Virus record (IMG/VR): IMGVR_UViG_3300025392_000672
Location: 1 to 62,391 of that record
Direction: 5' to 3' (one strand)
DNA length: 62,391 nucleotides
DNA from: a virus
Lineage: Duplodnaviria; Caudoviricetes
The position numbers and the translations under genes were made by a program. Positions 57,363-62,391 of this stretch are shown here, in pieces (the stretch's first letter is position 1; each line of letters opens with the position of its first letter). The notes under the pieces were generated by a model. That model saw only the letters and a list, made by a program, of their open reading frames with translations, was not told the DNA's origin and searched no databases.

Positions 57363-58165
57363 AAGTAGCCTTATGTTTTTCTGGACATCTTAGAGATATA
57401 GAAGAAACTAAAGTATTTTGGACTGAGTTAATAAAGAAATATAACATTGATGTATATGCTTCTTTTTGGGATGTTGAAAATGCAGAGTTGGGTGATACTA
57501 TAAATAATTTCTTAAAAATATACACACCAAAAAAGTATGAAATAGAAAGATACGATATATTTGAAAAAACAAAGAATATCGCTTCAATGAATATAGAATC
57601 TCCACAAAGTATAGCACCATTATTTCAGCAAACATCAAAGAATTTTGGGCAATTGCCAATGTGGTATAAGATATGGAAGTGTAATAATTTAACAAAAGAA
57701 TTAGGTATTGAATATGATATTGTAATAAGAGCTAGAATTGATATTGTATTAGATGAAAATTTTGAAATCATACCAAATAATATGTTGAATGTTCCTATTG
57801 GAAATGTTCATTCACATTGGCCTAATTCCGAAGGATTGAATGATTGCTTTGGATACGGAACTCCTAAGATAATGGATTATTATAGTTTCCTTTATTTACA
57901 AATTATGGAATATCTTAAAGCAGGTCATTATGTATTTCCACCTGAACATTTTTTAAAAGTACATTTTAGTAAAGTAAAAGTATTAATTAGATACTTTCCA
58001 AATATGATGATGATATCTCGAAAATGGAAAGGCACTGAAAATGAAATGTTCAATAGGTTTGTTACTGACTGGAATGAGAAGATTGAATGGAGTGATGAAA
58101 AACAATATTTACCAAATCCAGATGGTAATTTTAAAAAGGATATATTAAACGATTTTGTAATTTAA
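57359..58165 (+). CDS. Putative glycosyltransferase-like protein (MKVALCFSG family; related to 46128)
   Basis: MKVALCFSGHLR, DVYASFW, YDIVIRARID, NDCFGYG, PEHFL. Confidence 0.55.
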   Translation: MKVALCFSGHLRDIEETKVFWTELIKKYNIDVYASFWDVENAELGDTINNFLKIYTPKKYEIERYDIFEKTKNIASMNIESPQSIAPLFQQTSKNFGQLPMWYKIWKCNNLTKELGIEYDIVIRARIDIVLDENFEIIPNNMLNVPIGNVHSHWPNSEGLNDCFGYGTPKIMDYYSFLYLQIMEYLKAGHYVFPPEHFLKVHFSKVKVLIRYFPNMMMISRKWKGTENEMFNRFVTDWNEKIEWSDEKQYLPNPDGNFKKDILNDFVI

Positions 58166-58208
58166 TGTTTTTTTAGTGAATCATATATTTAATAAAAATA
58201 TAAACATT

Positions 58209-58379
58209 ATGAATACATCTAAATTAAAAGATATTATTGAAACTTTAGAAGATGCTATATCTTTTGAAGATTGGGATAGAGTAGATGATGCGGTTAAAGA
58301 ATTAACATTCTTATTTGAGGAATTGGAATCCAGCTTTCCTTTGGATGAATGGGATGAGGAAACCGAAGATTATAAGTAA
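58209..58379 (+). CDS. Small acidic helical hypothetical protein
   Basis: ATG 58209; MNTSKLKDIIETLEDAISFEDW... Confidence 0.5.
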   Translation: MNTSKLKDIIETLEDAISFEDWDRVDDAVKELTFLFEELESSFPLDEWDEETEDYK

Positions 58380-58382
58380 TTC

Positions 58383-58474
58383 ATAACTGGTTGATTTTCA
58401 ACACATTAGTATAACTCATTGATTTTCAATGGGTTATATTTTTGCTCATAACTCGTTGATTTTCAACCATTTAA
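58383..58474. repeat. Three copies of a 27-bp palindrome (ATAACnnnTTGA-NNN-TCAAnnnnTTAT) upstream of the vWA gene
   Basis: Copies at 58383, 58411 (ATAACTCATTGA-TTT-TCAATGGGTTAT) and 58448. Confidence 0.85.
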
Positions 58475-58504
58475 AAAAAACTTTAAAAATAGTTGGTAAA
58501 ATCC

Positions 58505-58535
58505 ATTGCCAATTGAAATATTAGTTGTATATTTG
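58505..58535 (+). promoter_or_regulatory. Bacteroidota-type promoter (variant -33)
   Basis: ATTG-N19-TATATTTG. Confidence 0.55.
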
Positions 58536-58569
58536 TGTATATTAGTTCAAAAAATAAAACCCCTTTTAT

Positions 58570-60762
58570 ATGTCTAAGTACTCAAAGTATGGTAGTAAGT
58601 ATGGTAACTCTTCTTGGTGGATGAGTGACTGGGATGATTCTAAGTATTCCAGTTCATATACTACAACACAAGTTAAATCTAAGAACTTGTATAAGATGGC
58701 AGCTCATCGTAGAGCAATCGCCAATTTCGTAAGTATCGTAACAGGTAAAAACATACCTGTAAAGTTCAACACAAAAGGTAATTCATATACGGATGGTAAA
58801 GCCGTAGTGATTTCATCTAAGGTAGCTGAACCAAATGAGTTTGACCCAACTGTGGGTTTAGCATTACACGAAGGTTCACATATTAAGTTATCTAATTTCA
58901 CATTATTGCAAGATTTGGATAAATCAATAACTAAAGTGGTTGGTTCTCCTAAATTAAAAGAGTGGAATGAAACGGCTCAGAAGAAAAATCTTCCCGATAG
59001 TATCGCTTATATTATTAAGGATATTCTTAACTGGGTAGAAGATAGACGTATTGACCAATTCATTTTCGATAGTGCACCTGGTTATAGAGATTACTATCGT
59101 GCTATGTATGATAAGTACTTTAATGACCCTGCTATTGATAAGGGTATGCAATCCGATGAGTTCCGTACAGAAACATTTGATTCTTATATGTTCCGTTTGA
59201 TTAACTTACATTCTAAGTTCAGTAAGGCTGGGGCACTTAAAGGTTTGAGTGAGATTACAAAGTTAGCAGACCTTAACCACATCAATAGATTAAAATCTAC
59301 GGATGAAGCATTGGTTGTAGCTTGTGATATCTTTGAAGTTATTCTTAATAACATAGATGCCAACGAACAGGCAGCTGAGAACAAAGAGAACGCTAAGAAA
59401 CAAAAGGGTAAGGGTAACGGACAAGGACAAAATGGACAGGCTAAGCAAGCTGGTGAGGGTGAAGAAGAAGCAGGTGAAGATGATATCGAAGTTGAAATGG
59501 GTGATGGTAGTGGTGATGGTGATGGTGATGATGAAGGTGATGATGGTGATGATGAGGACTTCGATTCTGCTGGTGAGGCTGAAGAAGGTAAGGGTATCGT
59601 AGGTAAGATTAAAGTTGTATTGGGTGGTAAGGGTAAAGGTAAACCAGCAGCTGGTAAGTTATCTAAGAGACAAATGGAAATCCTTAAAAAGAAGATTGAG
59701 AAACAAAAGGAGTTCTTAAGAGGTGAAATTAAGAAAGGTAATGTTACTCAAAGTGAAAACCAACAATTAGATACCATTGACCAATCTGGTACTGAATTGA
59801 AGAAGGTTGGTGAGGAATTAGCAAATGGTACGGTTGTAACTAAAGGTATTGATTGTATCGTTGTTAAGAAGATGACACAAACCTTATTGGAAAGTCCTGA
59901 GTTTCCATTGGCTAACTTAAGATACAACGCTAAGCAAGGTGAGCATAAGTGTTCAGTTGAATGTTCAACCGAAGTTGCGGAAGGTATTCGTATTGGTACT
60001 ATCTTAGGTAAGAAGTTACAGGTTCGTAGTGAGAGTAGAGAAACGATATTCAATCGCCAATTAGTTGGTAGAATGGATAAGAGAATGATATCATCTTTGG
60101 GTTATGGTAATGAGCATGTGTTTTATACTAAAGAAGTAGATGCTTATAAGAAAGCTAACTTACATATTTCAGTAGATGCCTCTGGTTCTATGGGTGGTAC
60201 GAAATGGAGAAAGACTATGACTAACATCGTAGCATTGGCTAAGGCTGTTGATATGATTTCTAACTTAGAGATTCAAATCAGTTTCCGTACTACTTCTGGT
60301 GACTTACCTTATATCGTAGTTGCTTATGATAGTAGAGTTGATAAGTTTATCAAAGTGAAAACTTTGTTCCAATACTTAACGCCGGGCGGTACAACGCCGG
60401 AAGGTTTAGCATTCGAAGGTGTGATGAAACAAATGGTAGGTAGTACATCCGATTGTGATAGTTACTTCTTAAACATATCCGATGGTGAACCTTACTTCCA
60501 TGGTAAAGGTTATAACTATCAGGGCCATTTCGCTAGTAAACATACTAAGAAGATGGTAGAGAAGATTGAGGCTATGGGTATCAAAGTAATGAGTTATTTC
60601 GTTAGTGATTATGGTGGACCGGCTGACCAACATTCTGGAGCTGGTAAGGTATTCAAAGATTGTTATGGTAAAGCGGCATCGTATATTAGTATTACAAATG
60701 TAAACGAAGTTGTTCGTACAATGAACAAATTGTTTATGAATAAACCCGCTGGAATAGAGTAA
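58570..60762 (+). CDS. vWA-domain protein with an N-terminal HExxH module (CobT-like MoxR partner)
   Basis: YTDGK, LALHEGSH, NWVEDRRID; long acidic/Gly linker; MIDAS VDASGSM, GGTTPE, ISDGEP. Confidence 0.85.
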   Translation: MSKYSKYGSKYGNSSWWMSDWDDSKYSSSYTTTQVKSKNLYKMAAHRRAIANFVSIVTGKNIPVKFNTKGNSYTDGKAVVISSKVAEPNEFDPTVGLALHEGSHIKLSNFTLLQDLDKSITKVVGSPKLKEWNETAQKKNLPDSIAYIIKDILNWVEDRRIDQFIFDSAPGYRDYYRAMYDKYFNDPAIDKGMQSDEFRTETFDSYMFRLINLHSKFSKAGALKGLSEITKLADLNHINRLKSTDEALVVACDIFEVILNNIDANEQAAENKENAKKQKGKGNGQGQNGQAKQAGEGEEEAGEDDIEVEMGDGSGDGDGDDEGDDGDDEDFDSAGEAEEGKGIVGKIKVVLGGKGKGKPAAGKLSKRQMEILKKKIEKQKEFLRGEIKKGNVTQSENQQLDTIDQSGTELKKVGEELANGTVVTKGIDCIVVKKMTQTLLESPEFPLANLRYNAKQGEHKCSVECSTEVAEGIRIGTILGKKLQVRSESRETIFNRQLVGRMDKRMISSLGYGNEHVFYTKEVDAYKKANLHISVDASGSMGGTKWRKTMTNIVALAKAVDMISNLEIQISFRTTSGDLPYIVVAYDSRVDKFIKVKTLFQYLTPGGTTPEGLAFEGVMKQMVGSTSDCDSYFLNISDGEPYFHGKGYNYQGHFASKHTKKMVEKIEAMGIKVMSYFVSDYGGPADQHSGAGKVFKDCYGKAASYISITNVNEVVRTMNKLFMNKPAGIE

Positions 60763-60766
60763 TTTC

Positions 60767-60845
60767 ATAACGTGTTGATAATCAATGAGTTATAACTGGT
60801 TCAAAATCAATCAGTTGCATAACTCATTGATTCTCAATAAAAAAT
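60767..60845. repeat. Three copies of the 27-bp palindrome upstream of the AAA+ gene
   Basis: Copies at 60767 (ATAACGTGTTGA-TAA-TCAATGAGTTAT), 60792 and 60819. Confidence 0.85.
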
Positions 60846-60867
60846 CTTTCAAAATAAACAAAATAAA

Positions 60868-60899
60868 TTAGGCAGATTCAGATATATTCTGTATCTTTA
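60868..60899 (+). promoter_or_regulatory. Bacteroidota-type promoter (variant -33)
   Basis: TTAG-N20-TATCTTTA. Confidence 0.55.
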
Positions 60900-60944
60900 C
60901 ATAGTAAAGTTGATAATATTATATAAACATTAAATAACCCCGTT

Positions 60945-62150
60945 ATGGTAAAGTCAAAGAATGACAAAGTTAGTAACCAAGTTTTCAAAGTTGTAAAAGT
61001 TGGTTCACATTTTAAGTTGGCAAATACAGCCGGTACAATTGTAGGTACAAATGGTATAAACACAGGTACTCGTAAGAAAGCTTACGAAACTGATAAAGCT
61101 CTTAGAGAGGTAGTTGGTAAGGGTGGTAAAATTTCATATCGTTTAGTAGATATGAAAGAGTATTCGGATTTAGTGGCTCCGTTAAAGAGTAACGCTGAAG
61201 TGAATAACGAAGTGAGTGGAACGCATGAGGAAATCAAAAACTTCATCCACAATGATTCGGCTAAGTTAAAGCCTGAATCAATCGTAATGACTGAACTTAA
61301 GTGGAAGTACTTAATTCGTTCAGCAGTTAGAGCAAAAAATATTATGATGACAGGACCTGCTGGTTGTGGTAAAACAATGGCGGCTAAAGCATTAACTAAA
61401 GGTTTGAATAGACCTGACTTCTATTTCAACTTAGGTGCTACGCAGGACGCTAGAGCAACCTTAATTGGTAACACACACTTTGATAGTAAAGCTGGTACAT
61501 TCTTTAGTGAATCAGCATTCGTTAAGGCTATCAAAACGCCAAACGCTGTTATCTTATTAGATGAGTTGAGTAGAGCACATCCTGACGCTTGGAATATCCT
61601 AATGACAGTGTTAGACCAGGGCCAAAGATACTTAAGATTGGATGAGGCTGTTGATTCTCCAATTGTTAAGGTGGCTGATGGTGTTACCTTTATCGCTACG
61701 GCTAACATTGGTGGTGAATATACATCAACGCGTGTTATTGACCGTGCGATTATGGACCGTTTCACAACGATTGAAATGGATGTGTTGAACGATGAGCAGG
61801 AGTTAGGGTTATTAAAGTATATGTACCCAGCAGTGAACGAAGAAGATTTGAAGGCTGTAGCTGAAATCGCTCACCACACTAGAGAAGTGAGTAAAGGTGG
61901 TGATGGTAAGTTAAGTTCAATGGTTTCTACTCGTGCTAGTGTTGAGGTAGCTGGTTTATTGTATGATGGTTTCAACTTGTTTGAAGCAGCTGAGATTGGT
62001 ATCTTCCCATTCTTTAGTAACGATGGTGGGGCAGATTCAGAACGCACATACGTGAAGCAGTTAGTACAAAAGTATGTTAAGGATGATAAGGCGGACGAGA
62101 AGTTGTTCACCGAACCAACCGAAGATGATAGTGAAACAATTGTTTGGTAG
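60945..62150 (+). CDS. MoxR/CbbQ/NorQ-type AAA+ ATPase
   Basis: GPAGCGKT, ILLDELSRA, FIATAN, DRAIMDRF, STR. Confidence 0.9.
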   Translation: MVKSKNDKVSNQVFKVVKVGSHFKLANTAGTIVGTNGINTGTRKKAYETDKALREVVGKGGKISYRLVDMKEYSDLVAPLKSNAEVNNEVSGTHEEIKNFIHNDSAKLKPESIVMTELKWKYLIRSAVRAKNIMMTGPAGCGKTMAAKALTKGLNRPDFYFNLGATQDARATLIGNTHFDSKAGTFFSESAFVKAIKTPNAVILLDELSRAHPDAWNILMTVLDQGQRYLRLDEAVDSPIVKVADGVTFIATANIGGEYTSTRVIDRAIMDRFTTIEMDVLNDEQELGLLKYMYPAVNEEDLKAVAEIAHHTREVSKGGDGKLSSMVSTRASVEVAGLLYDGFNLFEAAEIGIFPFFSNDGGADSERTYVKQLVQKYVKDDKADEKLFTEPTEDDSETIVW

Positions 62151-62174
62151 TTGAGGGGTTAGCTCCCAAACATG

Positions 62175-62202
62175 ATGGGAGGGCTTCGGTCCTCCCATTT
62201 TT
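62175..62202 (+). terminator. Intrinsic terminator with a cUUCGg tetraloop
   Basis: ATGGGAGGGC-TTCG-GTCCTCCCAT-TTTT. Confidence 0.88.
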
Positions 62203-62224
62203 ATAACCCACAAAATTTAAAGTT

Positions 62225-62391
62225 ATGAGTCGTATTAATAGAAAGAATTGGGTAGGTAAAGATATGGGTATAAAATCTAAAGGTGGTATGTTAGATGTAT
62301 TTGATAACCACATTAAAGGCCTGTATCGTATCAATGATGATGAATACGATTATCTATGTGAGGTAATGAGTGATGATGAGATGGATACATT
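62225..62391 (+). CDS. Hypothetical protein (3'-truncated)
   Basis: ATG at 62225, open to the window end (MSRINRKNWVGKDMG...). Confidence 0.55.
   Translation, partial: MSRINRKNWVGKDMGIKSKGGMLDVFDNHIKGLYRINDDEYDYLCEVMSDDEMDT

Noticed and set aside
35740-58165. Bacterial chromosome LPS/capsule locus
   Set aside because: It is interleaved with phage-type genes in a T4-like replication/baseplate context and lacks export and polymerase genes.
58383-60845. 27-bp palindromic repeats as a mini CRISPR array (given the Cas4-like gene)
   Set aside because: Copies are degenerate and overlap or lie 0-10 nt apart, so there are no spacers; no cas1, cas2 or effector gene is visible.
165-62334. Other minus-strand ORFs in the six-frame track
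   Set aside because: They overlap well-supported + strand genes, show no recognisable motifs, and all promoters identified face the + strand.
1-62391. Stop-codon reassignment (as in some Bacteroidota phages)
   Set aside because: Conserved genes (polB, recA, nrdAB, helicase) are full length in the standard code, and TAG/TGA fall at sensible gene ends.

Overview
This 62 kb window is AT-rich (about 30% GC by eye), gene-dense and almost entirely on the + strand. It comes from a large tailed (myovirus/jumbo-type) phage that very probably infects a Bacteroidota host. The host call rests on at least 11 promoters matching TTTG-N20-TAnnTTT(G/A), the lack of Shine-Dalgarno sequences, and DUF4494-like and Hc1-like genes. 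From left to right it holds: baseplate genes; a tmRNA with an unusually long tag; a minimal family-A polymerase; a 1393-aa multidomain protein; a GH19 endolysin; and a T4-like replication/nucleotide block (SSB, RecA/UvsX, 5'-3' exonuclease, helicase, NrdB/NrdA/Trx, PolB, clamp, clamp loader, dUTPase, Cas4-like nuclease). Embedded in that block is a candidate DNA-modification locus: two Mom-like GNAT paralogues, a RimK-type ATP-grasp ligase, a ParB/PD-(D/E)xK fusion, a GT-B glycosyltransferase abutting polB, and a DUF4338-like gene. Next come a roughly 23 kb glycan-biosynthesis region around a Gly-Ser-Thr-repeat fibre gene and a vWA/MoxR pair, each gene preceded by three copies of a 27-bp palindrome. 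GATC appears to be strongly avoided. All product calls come from motif recognition by eye; no database search was run.
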